A stretch of DNA of 55,280 nt from Candidatus Omnitrophota bacterium. GTDB taxonomy: Bacteria > Omnitrophota > Gorgyraeia > 2-01-FULL-45-10. Every line of letters starts with the position of its first letter. Position 1 is the first letter of the stretch. Positions 38,145 through 47,851 of this stretch are shown here, one piece after another. A model generated the notes under the pieces. It was not told the origin of the DNA and did no database searches. It saw only the letters and a list, made by a program, of their open reading frames with translations. The translations under genes were made by a program, and so were the position numbers. The DNA is taken from NCBI GenBank assembly GCA_018823705.1, contig JAHJHP010000009.1:1-55280 (forward strand). The letters run 5' to 3'.

Positions 38145-39038
38145 TCATATCTTTAACAATCCGCTGACAAAACCAGCCAAAGCGCCCTTTGCCCTGTTTA
38201 AATATCGCTTATCCATACCCATAAAACCTCTGACGATATTATTCATGAGTATACCAAAAAGCGCCCAATAGCAAAGAGGCAGCGACAATTCCGGGTTCTT
38301 ACGCACAAAGTATAATCTATTTACAAATTCCATCTTTCCCAACGTGAAGCTGAAGTCCGGATCTTCTAACTTATTAAGATGTAAGACTTTAGCTCCGGAT
38401 ACGACATACATCTTATACTTCTTACTTACCCTGTAACTGAAGTCGACGTCCTCATAACGCGAATAACCGGAGAACCATTCATCGAAAAAGAATTCACTAA
38501 ATACCTCTCTACGGTAAACCATAGCGCACCCCGCAAGCCAATCCGCCGGCAAGGTTTCATTCACAAATGAGACCTTGCCCTGAAATCCCGAGCGAAGTAT
38601 CTTGTTGGGCTTGTTTGTATTGACAAAAAAGAAGCGCTCGAAAAATGTCGGGGCCTTATATATCTCGCTCACCAGATTAAATGATGCGCCGCCGACCTCC
38701 GCCAACGCGCCCTCCCAAAACTTCATCATGTTTCTTAGGCATCCCTCTTCGAGAATAATATCATCGTCGAAGAACGCGATAAGCGTCACGTCTTTAATAA
38801 GATGCCGTATACCCGCATTCCTTTGGACAGTCAATGATGGGGGGAATATTCTCAGGTATTCCACTTTAAAGCCTCGAAAATTATCGATGAGATCCTTGAT
38901 AGGAGCAGCGCCGCCGTCTACAACAACTACTCTATCCGGATGGTAATCCTGTTCCGAAATGCTTTTTAAGGCGCGTATAAGGTCGTCCGGCCTGTCTTTT
39001 GTAGGTATGATTATCCCCAGCTTCTCTTCCCGTGGCAT
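38145..39038 (-). CDS. GT2 glycosyltransferase
   Basis: IIPTKDRP, VVDGG, QRNAGI, FFDDDI, GCAMVYR, YEDVDFSYR. Confidence 0.9.
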   Translation of the reverse strand: MPREEKLGIIIPTKDRPDDLIRALKSISEQDYHPDRVVVVDGGAAPIKDLIDNFRGFKVEYLRIFPPSLTVQRNAGIRHLIKDVTLIAFFDDDIILEEGCLRNMMKFWEGALAEVGGASFNLVSEIYKAPTFFERFFFVNTNKPNKILRSGFQGKVSFVNETLPADWLAGCAMVYRREVFSEFFFDEWFSGYSRYEDVDFSYRVSKKYKMYVVSGAKVLHLNKLEDPDFSFTLGKMEFVNRLYFVRKNPELSLPLCYWALFGILMNNIVRGFMGMDKRYLNRAKGALAGFVSGLLKI

Positions 39039-39042
39039 TAAC

Positions 39043-40149
39043 TTATCCTTTCAATGCGGTTCGAACATTTACTATAAAACCTTTCATTATAAGGCCGGGT
39101 GTATGCCACACGTTGAACATATAACCGCAGGAGCATCCCGGGCATTTTTTATAAAACATCTTTTTCTTAGCGCTCCTGTATCGATCGGTCTTTTTCAGGC
39201 GGCCGAACGGCATCTCCCTCAGGTTACCGAACGTCCCCATAGAAAGACACCCTCCAAATACATTGCCATACGGGTCTACATATATCCTGTCCTGTGAAAC
39301 AACGCAGGGTATATTCTCCTGACGCGGATCTGTGAAATATCTGGCTATAAAATCTACGCCCGGGTAGTTCAGGATGAGCGAATGGGGCTTCCGGACCATC
39401 TCGTTTTTTACATATTCAAGCAACGCTGCAAGCCGCTTCATGTCCTCTGAACCATATATCCATAACCTCTGCTCATTCTCCGGCAGGTTAAATATCGCGG
39501 ATGTCTTGTCCAGTGGACATATCGCGACAGGTAGCCCGATCGACTCCGCGAACTCCTTCACATCCCTGAAAAGATCTATATTCTCTTTCATCAGTGTAAA
39601 GTTAATGTAGGCGTCTATCCCTCGTGTCTTCTTTGCTTCCGCAATCGCCGCGGCCGCGCTTTGCAACTTCTTAAATGAGCCAGGCGCCCCTCTTATCTTC
39701 TCATAGCGCTCACCCAGAGCATCTATCGACAACGCCACGGACCTCAGGCCGGCATCGATCATGCCGCATAGCGTACCGCTATCAAGAAGCATGCCGTTTG
39801 TAGTCATCCCGACAGTAAACCCTTTTATGGCGCAATAAGAGATCAGATCCTTAAGATCCCCGCGCAGCAGCGGCTCACCTCCTGTAAAATGTATATTCCT
39901 GAAACCATTCTTCTGTAAATCGTCCACTATCTTCTTCCAACCCGCAAGGTTCAGCTCCTCGCCCGGCTTCTCTCTCCACTGCTTACACATTAAGCACTTC
40001 AGGTTGCAGCGGTTAGTAATCATTATATTGCAGGAGCTTGGCTTGATTTCGAAAACGTGATAGAGCGCCGGCATAGCGCATAATAACCCTGTCTTCGCAA
40101 CGTCAGGCATATATTTTAAAATAAGTTTCCTGAGACGCCTAAATATCAT
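39043..40149 (-). CDS. Radical SAM protein with SPASM/twitch-type C-terminal domain
   Basis: NRCNLKCLMC, FTGGEP, TTNG, SIDA; C-terminal C...VDPYGNV..C...GNL...CPGCSC. Confidence 0.9.
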   Translation of the reverse strand: MIFRRLRKLILKYMPDVAKTGLLCAMPALYHVFEIKPSSCNIMITNRCNLKCLMCKQWREKPGEELNLAGWKKIVDDLQKNGFRNIHFTGGEPLLRGDLKDLISYCAIKGFTVGMTTNGMLLDSGTLCGMIDAGLRSVALSIDALGERYEKIRGAPGSFKKLQSAAAAIAEAKKTRGIDAYINFTLMKENIDLFRDVKEFAESIGLPVAICPLDKTSAIFNLPENEQRLWIYGSEDMKRLAALLEYVKNEMVRKPHSLILNYPGVDFIARYFTDPRQENIPCVVSQDRIYVDPYGNVFGGCLSMGTFGNLREMPFGRLKKTDRYRSAKKKMFYKKCPGCSCGYMFNVWHTPGLIMKGFIVNVRTALKG

Positions 40150-40186
40150 CCGCTGGCCTCGTATATGAAGAATTTGATCGAGAACA

Positions 40187-41707
40187 CTATTTTCTTAACG
40201 CAACTTTCCTGAATCCGGTATTAAAGAATGACGACATCATTCTGATTGTCGAAAACACATTGCAATCGAACGAAATAAAGATCATGACTATCCATACGAA
40301 TGGTTCCACTATAAATAGTGCTGGTAAAAATACCAGATTTATACAAAAAGAGAGCTTCCCTTTTCTGTTATTAACTAGCCACATAATAAATCTGCCGGGC
40401 AGCAGCGGAGTTAACCTGATGACCTTATTTAAATATGTATTAGAATATTTTGTATAGCTCTTCTTTCTCGGGTCTTCGAACAGTATTCTGTCTTTTGATG
40501 CCTTTTCGTATATCTCTGTACCGTAATAAAAACACAGTGAAAATAATTGCAGCATGAAAGGCCTGGGTATCTTCAGGAGAACTTTTATCGTCTCAATAAC
40601 ATCACTTTCTGTTTCGTAAGGATTGTCAAGAATAACGTCATAAAGACAGGGGATATTGAATTTCTTTATTTGCAGCGCTGCCGTAACGAATGTCTCGTTC
40701 GACATAAATCTTCTGTAAATTTCCCGATTGATTTTTTGAGATCCCGTCTGAAGCCCCATGGTGATCCAGGACAACCCTATCTTCCTGAGCATAGATAACT
40801 TTTCTTCATTTACGTTATTTGGAGCAGTGCTGCAAACAAATCCTTTACCGCCTATCGCTTTCTTATACTGATCCGCAAAGTCTTGCATCCATTTGATATC
40901 CGAGTAAAAGAAGTTTTCATCCTGTATACTAATGTAGATAATATCCGGATATGCCGCGACCGCCATCGTTAATTCTTCGATGATATTGTGAACCGAGCGA
41001 TGTCTTACCTTGCTCGTTCCATATAGTTTGGCATAAAAGCTGTTGCTGCAATACGAACATGAAAAAGGGCACCCCCTCGACGATAATAAGCTATAAAATT
41101 TTCCGGAATACCTGGCGTATTTCTCAAAAATTGATTTATTCATCTCGCGAATTCGATTTTTATGCAGAATAAATGAGTCAGACGGCATATGCTCGGGGAA
41201 AGGCAGAATATCAAGATCATCGATATAGGGACGCGCCTCATTAATGACGATTTTATCCCCTGTTTTATAAGCCAGGTTTAAGATACTCAATGTTGGTTTA
41301 TTCGCGAATACCGCTTCTACATACTCCATAAATGCAACCTCAGATTCCCCCATAAAAACAAAATCGGCATATTCCAGGCATTGGGCAGGAGCAATAGACG
41401 GATGTATGCCGCCCCACACGACGGTTAGTCCCGGGAATTCATTTTTGATAAAAGACGTGAATTCTTTTGCATAAAAAAATTCGTCAGACATCAAACTGAT
41501 ACCCATAACGGCAGGGTTAATATCTTTTATGAATTTTGCTATCTTGTAATTATCATTCTCCCTGTAATGAGGCAGAAGCAGCATATAGGACTCGATTTTG
41601 TGCCCTCTTAAATATGAGTGAATGTATTTTAATCCGACTACGTCTGTATTGTCCTGAAATGTTACCAGGAGCACTTTATTTGTTTTATTGTTCATTGGAT
41701 TATTCAT
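40187..41707 (-). CDS. Cobalamin-binding radical SAM protein
   Basis: VGLKYIHSYL, WGGIHP, GESE, SRGCPFSCSYC, QDENF, GLQTGS. Confidence 0.88.
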   Translation of the reverse strand: MNNPMNNKTNKVLLVTFQDNTDVVGLKYIHSYLRGHKIESYMLLLPHYRENDNYKIAKFIKDINPAVMGISLMSDEFFYAKEFTSFIKNEFPGLTVVWGGIHPSIAPAQCLEYADFVFMGESEVAFMEYVEAVFANKPTLSILNLAYKTGDKIVINEARPYIDDLDILPFPEHMPSDSFILHKNRIREMNKSIFEKYARYSGKFYSLLSSRGCPFSCSYCSNSFYAKLYGTSKVRHRSVHNIIEELTMAVAAYPDIIYISIQDENFFYSDIKWMQDFADQYKKAIGGKGFVCSTAPNNVNEEKLSMLRKIGLSWITMGLQTGSQKINREIYRRFMSNETFVTAALQIKKFNIPCLYDVILDNPYETESDVIETIKVLLKIPRPFMLQLFSLCFYYGTEIYEKASKDRILFEDPRKKSYTKYSNTYLNKVIRLTPLLPGRFIMWLVNNRKGKLSFCINLVFLPALFIVEPFVWIVMIFISFDCNVFSTIRMMSSFFNTGFRKVALRK

Positions 41708-43563
41708 CAGTCACTGATCTCGTGTATGAAAAATTTCTCACCGGGGGTCCTGCGATATCCTATTCCACTGTCGTCAAACACTTTTATCAGCCGCAACTTC
41801 TTCTCCGGCAACACCGTTTCGATATCAAATGCACCGACTGTGCCATCCGGAGTCTTTCTGTGATATATATATCGCGGGCTATATTCGCGAATTAACTTTC
41901 GCAGCTGAGCCTCCTCATCCTTCCCGTTCCAGTGAAGTCTCCTTACGTTCTTATATTCCTCCGGCACGTAAACTTGCATATGATGCTGAGCGACGATCCT
42001 GGCGTCGGGGGGAACGTTCACCCTCCACCATCGCGCTATGGTAAAAACCGTGTCTTCACGTTGTCGGACTTTGTACAGATTGGATCGCGCCATATCAATA
42101 CCATAAACGCCTATATCGGCCAATAGTATTATGTACACGAGCAAACACAAATACTTTCTATTTATCTTTGTAAATATTTCGGCTGCCTGGACAGCCAGTA
42201 TCGCTGCAACCATAAAGAACGGGAGCATGTGATGGCCCGCAAGCCTGCCCATGGTGAATATCGAAGCAAAAAACGGCAGAAGAAATATAAGTAAAACGCA
42301 TCTCTTGTAGCGTCCTGCTCTATCGATAGCGCCGCCTCTCTCAAAAAGGCGCGTCTCGTTAATGATATATAGCCCGATAAACGTAAATATTACCGGATCG
42401 AACGAAATGATCTTTTCCCAGACACCTTTAAAAAATACCGTAAAGAACTCCGCCGCGGAGCGGATGCCCTGCACAACCTCGCCGCCGCTGAAGTCCATCC
42501 CGTTATATACGTAGGTATCAATGAAATGGCGTGGCATGGTAAACCATCTGGCTCCGAATACAGCGAAGGATACGCTGAAGACCGCGCCGACGATTATAGC
42601 GTAGGAATTTATACGATTGACATGTTGCATCACTTTGATGACCAAACGATTCTTTGATCGGTTCATGGTAAACATAAGAAATGAGACCGCTATGAGAGCG
42701 GCTGCCGCAAACCATACCAGATAGACGATCTTGTAGAGCGACATGCTTTGAACAAGGCCGTATTCCTGGTACAGGGTAAGGCCGTTGTGGCGCCTGACAT
42801 AAAAGAATATGGCAAGGAAAGGCGCCGCAATCATCGGGATAGACAATAACATCGGGAAGGTCCACGCAAACTTGGCCTCGGCTCTGGTAGTGACAAGTCC
42901 TTTGCCGGGTGCCGCGCGATAAATGTCACCGAGGTAAAGCGCTCCGACAATAACAGGCAGTAGAAAGATCCCTGAAAATTTCACAACCATAGCCGCGGCA
43001 GCGCACGCGACCGCAATCACGACATTACTTCGCGCGGGCTTTTCAACTATCCTGAGGGTATAGTCAAGTCCAACAATAATCAAAAGAAGGACCAGTGGTT
43101 CGGGCTTCAGGCTATTCATGAAATACAGCAACGCCGGCCTCACCGCCAGCAAGGCCACCGCGATAGCCTGACCCCACCCTTTTCCGAAATGTCGTCCTAT
43201 GAGCAGCCATAATGCAACGAGCGCGCCAAGCCACGACAGGAGGTGGATCCAGCGTAATATCAGGACCAGCGTACCCGGTCCTATCTTCATGAATTTTGAC
43301 AATACGGCGCGCGACAGGTCGGCAACATAGACCATCTCGAGTCCGTAATCGATATCCCACTGAAAGCTGTCACGCTTTTCGCCCGAATAGTAATACCACG
43401 CCTCATCCATGAGGCCGCCCTCATCGGCGCTAAAATATGTTATCAGGTCGGGATTCGAGCTGTTATTCGCGATGGTTGGAAATGTAATAGCGAGACTTCC
43501 AATGCATATCAATATCAGTGCTGCCAGGCTAAATTTTGAAGAGATCGAATTATTAGCTTTCAT
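41707..43563 (-). CDS. Multi-pass membrane glycosyltransferase, GT-C type, with soluble C-terminal domain
   Basis: First-loop ADEG, LKPEP, VKFSG, many TMs, tail WWRVNVPPDARI. Start placed at ATG 43563 to avoid the overlap. Confidence 0.65.
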   Translation of the reverse strand: MKANNSISSKFSLAALILICIGSLAITFPTIANNSSNPDLITYFSADEGGLMDEAWYYYSGEKRDSFQWDIDYGLEMVYVADLSRAVLSKFMKIGPGTLVLILRWIHLLSWLGALVALWLLIGRHFGKGWGQAIAVALLAVRPALLYFMNSLKPEPLVLLLIIVGLDYTLRIVEKPARSNVVIAVACAAAAMVVKFSGIFLLPVIVGALYLGDIYRAAPGKGLVTTRAEAKFAWTFPMLLSIPMIAAPFLAIFFYVRRHNGLTLYQEYGLVQSMSLYKIVYLVWFAAAALIAVSFLMFTMNRSKNRLVIKVMQHVNRINSYAIIVGAVFSVSFAVFGARWFTMPRHFIDTYVYNGMDFSGGEVVQGIRSAAEFFTVFFKGVWEKIISFDPVIFTFIGLYIINETRLFERGGAIDRAGRYKRCVLLIFLLPFFASIFTMGRLAGHHMLPFFMVAAILAVQAAEIFTKINRKYLCLLVYIILLADIGVYGIDMARSNLYKVRQREDTVFTIARWWRVNVPPDARIVAQHHMQVYVPEEYKNVRRLHWNGKDEEAQLRKLIREYSPRYIYHRKTPDGTVGAFDIETVLPEKKLRLIKVFDDSGIGYRRTPGEKFFIHEISD

Positions 43564-43573
43564 GCGCCAGGCC

Positions 43574-44401
43574 TTATCCGTCTTTTTTCTTCCTGCATAC
43601 GACCGTTTGAAGTATACCAAAGCGCGACGGAAACGCAAAGAGCGCCCCTGCCCCGCACATGTAGGCGACCCTCATCAGCGTTCCGCACGACGGATAATTT
43701 ATAGCCCGGAGAGGATAGTTATGGTTCTTCCGGCTAATAACTTCAAGGCCGTGACATTCCAGCAGTTTTCGGAGAGAAGTATTCGTGAAATGATGGAGAT
43801 GCGCCAGCTCATACAGGCCTTCATAGGGGGCCTTGATGCCCATTTTTTTGAGCAAACGGGCCGCGCTATAAAATACTCCACCGGTATTATCGGTCATTAT
43901 CACGAGTATGCCGCCGGGAGCCAGAAGTTCCTTAATATTTTCAATAAATAGGTTAATATCGTCGACATGCTCTATCGCCGCAAGGCTGGTAACAGCATCT
44001 AACTTCATTCCGATATTTTCCCGCAGGATATCTCCCCGCACAAACGCAATGCCGGGATAGCTGTTGGGCCGTAAGTCTATGCCATAGAGATCAAGAGACG
44101 GGTCTTTCTTTCTCAAATATTTGAGGAAGTCCCCCGTACCGCATCCAACGTCAATGAGCTTTAAACCGTCCTTCCTGATCCGCGAGATTACCTGAGAGTG
44201 GATGAAATCGAATAGCCGATAATTGGGGTGATTGAACCAGTTGGCGTGGGTCTCGTAGTAGTCATCAGTATAACGGGTGCGCTGCTCTTCTGTCACAACG
44301 GTGAACGAATGATGGCATTTATTACACCCGTATCTGTTAAGAACACTGTCTTGCAGAACAACGTCTTTATCACTGTTGCAGATGGAGCAGGTTTTCCCCA
44401 T
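43574..44401 (-). CDS. Class I methyltransferase with N-terminal Zn-binding CxxC pairs
   Basis: CSIC...CNKC, IDVGCGTG, AAIEHV, HLHHF. Confidence 0.88.
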   Translation of the reverse strand: MGKTCSICNSDKDVVLQDSVLNRYGCNKCHHSFTVVTEEQRTRYTDDYYETHANWFNHPNYRLFDFIHSQVISRIRKDGLKLIDVGCGTGDFLKYLRKKDPSLDLYGIDLRPNSYPGIAFVRGDILRENIGMKLDAVTSLAAIEHVDDINLFIENIKELLAPGGILVIMTDNTGGVFYSAARLLKKMGIKAPYEGLYELAHLHHFTNTSLRKLLECHGLEVISRKNHNYPLRAINYPSCGTLMRVAYMCGAGALFAFPSRFGILQTVVCRKKKDG

Positions 44402-44423
44402 GGCGGAGCCTTTCGCAAAAGAT

Positions 44424-46385
44424 CTAATAGAGCTTAGGAATCTCGTTTATGCGCAGCAGTACCTCTTCAAGATTGAAGCCTATCAGCTGGCCAAACTCCT
44501 GCAGCATCTCTAGACGCGGTTTATTATCCTCCTCGGTAAGCTTCATTGCCTCATCCCGAGTGATAAGGCCTTCGCGGACCTGGTTGCTGCGAAAATTGTC
44601 AAATTCGGAGAACCCCGCGACCGTGTGATAAATATAATCTATAAAAGCGGTATGGCCGTCTCCCATCCGCCACTGGTTCTTGCCGTATCTTTCATTAGCC
44701 TCCCAGCCGTATTCTTCTTTTAGGGTCCGCTCTATAAGTTTCTCATCCCACGGAAGATAACGGAACAAGTACACATAGTCATCCTTGCTTATAAAGCTCG
44801 CGTAATACGCAAAAATGCTGTCGAGGAAAGACTCGTTGATATAGGCCGGATTCGTGACATATTCTTTTATGTACCAGAGAGCGATACGGGCCTTTACCAT
44901 CGTGTTATAATTATACAACTTGGTATTATTAACAAGATCCTGGTCTACCCCGCAAAATCCGATTTTGAACTCCATCTGCTCCAGCTGCTGCCCCGCGGCA
45001 AACACGGTAAGCTTTATACCCGTCTCCTTTCGAAGCTGTCTTCCATAATAATAAAACATCTTATCGCCTGCCATAAAGAGCGGCACCATGCCGAGCGAGG
45101 GCTTCTTAAGCCATGCGTATATGTTCTTTCTGATATATCGGCGTTTGGCGTGGATATCCGCGGCGCGGATAAGGTGCTCCACGCCAAGTTTACCGGTTAT
45201 TCTCGCCTGATTCCGCCTGGCAAGGTCAGTTACCATCGCCCAATCATATGTATACGCGATCGGGTGCATATTAAATTCTGTCTTCAGCACATGCAGGCCA
45301 TATGAACTGTCCCTGCCCCCGCTAAATCCTACGATACAATCCGGCTCGCCATTCTTTGACCGGTATCTGGCCAGGACTTCCTCGAGAGCTTCTTTGCCCA
45401 GAAATTCCTGTTTTTTGTACTTTCTGCAGTAGTTACATACACCATCTTCATCGAACGTAATGAATGGGTATGTATGCGGTAGTACGCACTTCGTGCAGCG
45501 GCGCAGCGCCGTATGGGTCACGCTCAGGTCGATGATATCGTAGATCTTTATATTGCTGCTTATCATCGGCGATTCCGCATGATCATCAGATAACTTAAAG
45601 ACTTGCGGCGCCAGGTCTTCGGCATTTATGACAGCGGCGGTGAACGGTTCCAGCTGTCTGACGCTCTTCACATCATAAATGAGCTTAAGAGAATTTTTCC
45701 GCAAGAATCCCTCGACGATGAACCGTTCTGACCCAAACACAAAGACACCCTGTCTGGCGTCGGACCAATAATACAGGGCCCCCATATTGGTGGCAATAAC
45801 CATAGAGGCGGACAGATCACATAAAAATCCTATGGAAGCAGAGCCTTCTACTTCTCGATAGATACGCCTTATAGCCCCAGGGACACCTTTTTCTATTTCG
45901 TAATATTTATTAAGCAGATTATATAATACCCATGTGTCGGATCCCGAATGACTGCCCGGCAGGTCTTTAAGCTCAGGGTGTTGCTGCCGCAGATACTCAT
46001 CGTTGGTGATGATACCATTATGAACTCCCACCATATGGCCGGCGTTTATAGGCTGGTTGTTCTCGGCAATAGCCTGGGAGCCATTCGTGACAAGCCGTGT
46101 GTGGCCGATAGCGATAATGGGCGCTGTTATGATCATCTTCCCGGAGCGTGGCGCGTCGACAACGCTGGAATCTATATAACTCTTAAATGACGCGCTCTTA
46201 AGCATAGCAGTCGGATTTTTCGCTTTTTTATAGACCGATATTTTGCTCCCCGAAAGGATGGAAAATCCGGCAGCCTCACATCCGCGCCTCTGCGAGAGCT
46301 TGACCAGACTCCCGAGCGCGCCCGTAAGCTCTCCCTTAGTTATGTCAGCGTTATTGTTCGCTATGAAACCGAATATTCCACACAT
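44424..46385 (-). CDS. Fusion: class II glutamine amidotransferase + WbpG/WbuX/PseA-like N-acetyl-sugar amidotransferase
   Basis: MCGIFG (Ntn Cys), RRG, GHTRLVT, NNQP, VHNGII, SDT; then RCTKCVLP...FDEDGVCNYC, PP-loop FSGGRDSS, VREGLITRDEA. Confidence 0.85.
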   Translation of the reverse strand: MCGIFGFIANNNADITKGELTGALGSLVKLSQRRGCEAAGFSILSGSKISVYKKAKNPTAMLKSASFKSYIDSSVVDAPRSGKMIITAPIIAIGHTRLVTNGSQAIAENNQPINAGHMVGVHNGIITNDEYLRQQHPELKDLPGSHSGSDTWVLYNLLNKYYEIEKGVPGAIRRIYREVEGSASIGFLCDLSASMVIATNMGALYYWSDARQGVFVFGSERFIVEGFLRKNSLKLIYDVKSVRQLEPFTAAVINAEDLAPQVFKLSDDHAESPMISSNIKIYDIIDLSVTHTALRRCTKCVLPHTYPFITFDEDGVCNYCRKYKKQEFLGKEALEEVLARYRSKNGEPDCIVGFSGGRDSSYGLHVLKTEFNMHPIAYTYDWAMVTDLARRNQARITGKLGVEHLIRAADIHAKRRYIRKNIYAWLKKPSLGMVPLFMAGDKMFYYYGRQLRKETGIKLTVFAAGQQLEQMEFKIGFCGVDQDLVNNTKLYNYNTMVKARIALWYIKEYVTNPAYINESFLDSIFAYYASFISKDDYVYLFRYLPWDEKLIERTLKEEYGWEANERYGKNQWRMGDGHTAFIDYIYHTVAGFSEFDNFRSNQVREGLITRDEAMKLTEEDNKPRLEMLQEFGQLIGFNLEEVLLRINEIPKLY

Positions 46386-46403
46386 ACCGTAACCCCTCTC
46401 TCC

Positions 46404-47819
46404 TTAGGCGGCGGGATAAAATAGTTTTTTGTAATCAACCGTAGAATGCGTCAATCCGAACCTCTCCTTTGCCTCATCCTGTTTTACCGGATCATCAAAA
46501 GACCGCAAAAGCTCATCTGTTAATTCGTCATAAGCGACATGCATAACGCCGCTCATCCCATCGAGATCAATATAAGAAAGATAGTCGGGATGGTTTAGCT
46601 GGACGACAGGGCGTCCGATCAAAAGAGCTTCCTCCAAAACCGTGGTGCTCATTCCTATAACCGATACGGCTCCCGCTATATCCGAGCGCAAAGAAGTATC
46701 GCCCGAGACCTCGATGGCCCCGGAGCTCCTGCTCTGATCCACCCATCTCCGCAATTCTCTGCCTGGTTCCGCGTGTGAATGCATCCGTAACCTTAATGGC
46801 AATGATACGTTGCTTTTTTTCAGGAGATCGCGCAACGAACCGATCACCGCCTCATTGTCAAAACGCGCCAGTCCCGAAACAAACAGATAGTAATGGCCGT
46901 CTTTGCCGGCAGGCTCCGGCCGAGACGACTTCCACTGGCTGTATCTACAACTGCACCCCATCAAAAAAGTCGTCTTTGGAAAATACGGCTTGAGAAGACG
47001 AATAACCCTTTCTTCAAATGCATAAAAAACGTCGGGTAATGCCAGGCCCTGCAAAGTTTCCTCCGGATAAGAAAAATACCAGAGTTTACCGCTTGAAACG
47101 GACGCATGTTGTACGGTATATGTTCTTATGTCATGTTTTGAGGCGATGTGCCAAACCACCCTCGCATATGAATGCATCTCATGGATACATCCGATCTTTT
47201 TTATCCGGCGATGCTCTATGATCTCGTTCAGTATCCGCTGCAAGTATAAATTGCGTTGCCATTGCAAACTAAAAACCCATGAATACCATTCCAATAAAAT
47301 CAATGCTCTACTGACAATGCTGCCCCGGATCTTAAAAAAAGCGTATATACCGCAGACCGTCATTATACAGACGATCCTCAGGGAAGCAAGAGCCGATATC
47401 GGTATAAAAAGTTTCGCGCGGCTGCCGCATTGTTGAACAGGCCCGACAACCAGCATTGCATCATCATCGTCGGTATCTACGTATTTTGTCTTGTAACTAT
47501 CACCTGCAGCCGCATATCCACATTCAGAAGTTACGATCAGAATGCTATCTTTTATCGTTCCGTACAAGCCATAGCCAAACCTGGGCGGCCGCAGTGTCCG
47601 CATCAATCCCTTTAACAGGCCCGTTACCGATGCGATCAGCAACTGAAAAAACAATTTGAAGAGATGCCGCTGCCTGTATCCGCTGTGCCACAAATTTGAC
47701 GCGTCGGGGCTCCTGACACTTACGCTGGACGAAAAGATAAGCGGAACCAGATCCCGTGAAGCCGCTCCGACCGCGGCGCCGACAAATCTGGCGGCAAGCC
47801 GCTGGAAATCAGTACCCAT
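46404..47819 (-). CDS. Hypothetical surface-carbohydrate protein, probable GT-B fold transferase
   Basis: HEMHSYAR..., TVQHA, LPD, RMH, STTVLEEALLIGRPV resemble capsule/nonulosonate transferase-like folds; family not confirmed. Confidence 0.5.
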   Translation of the reverse strand: MGTDFQRLAARFVGAAVGAASRDLVPLIFSSSVSVRSPDASNLWHSGYRQRHLFKLFFQLLIASVTGLLKGLMRTLRPPRFGYGLYGTIKDSILIVTSECGYAAAGDSYKTKYVDTDDDDAMLVVGPVQQCGSRAKLFIPISALASLRIVCIMTVCGIYAFFKIRGSIVSRALILLEWYSWVFSLQWQRNLYLQRILNEIIEHRRIKKIGCIHEMHSYARVVWHIASKHDIRTYTVQHASVSSGKLWYFSYPEETLQGLALPDVFYAFEERVIRLLKPYFPKTTFLMGCSCRYSQWKSSRPEPAGKDGHYYLFVSGLARFDNEAVIGSLRDLLKKSNVSLPLRLRMHSHAEPGRELRRWVDQSRSSGAIEVSGDTSLRSDIAGAVSVIGMSTTVLEEALLIGRPVVQLNHPDYLSYIDLDGMSGVMHVAYDELTDELLRSFDDPVKQDEAKERFGLTHSTVDYKKLFYPAA

Positions 47820-47851
47820 TATACAATATCCCCGCTTGACACGACTTTCGA

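Noticed and set aside
47836-47841. Plus-strand TTGACA in the 47820-47851 gap as an antisense promoter
   Set aside because: No acceptable -10 hexamer at 16-18 bp spacing.
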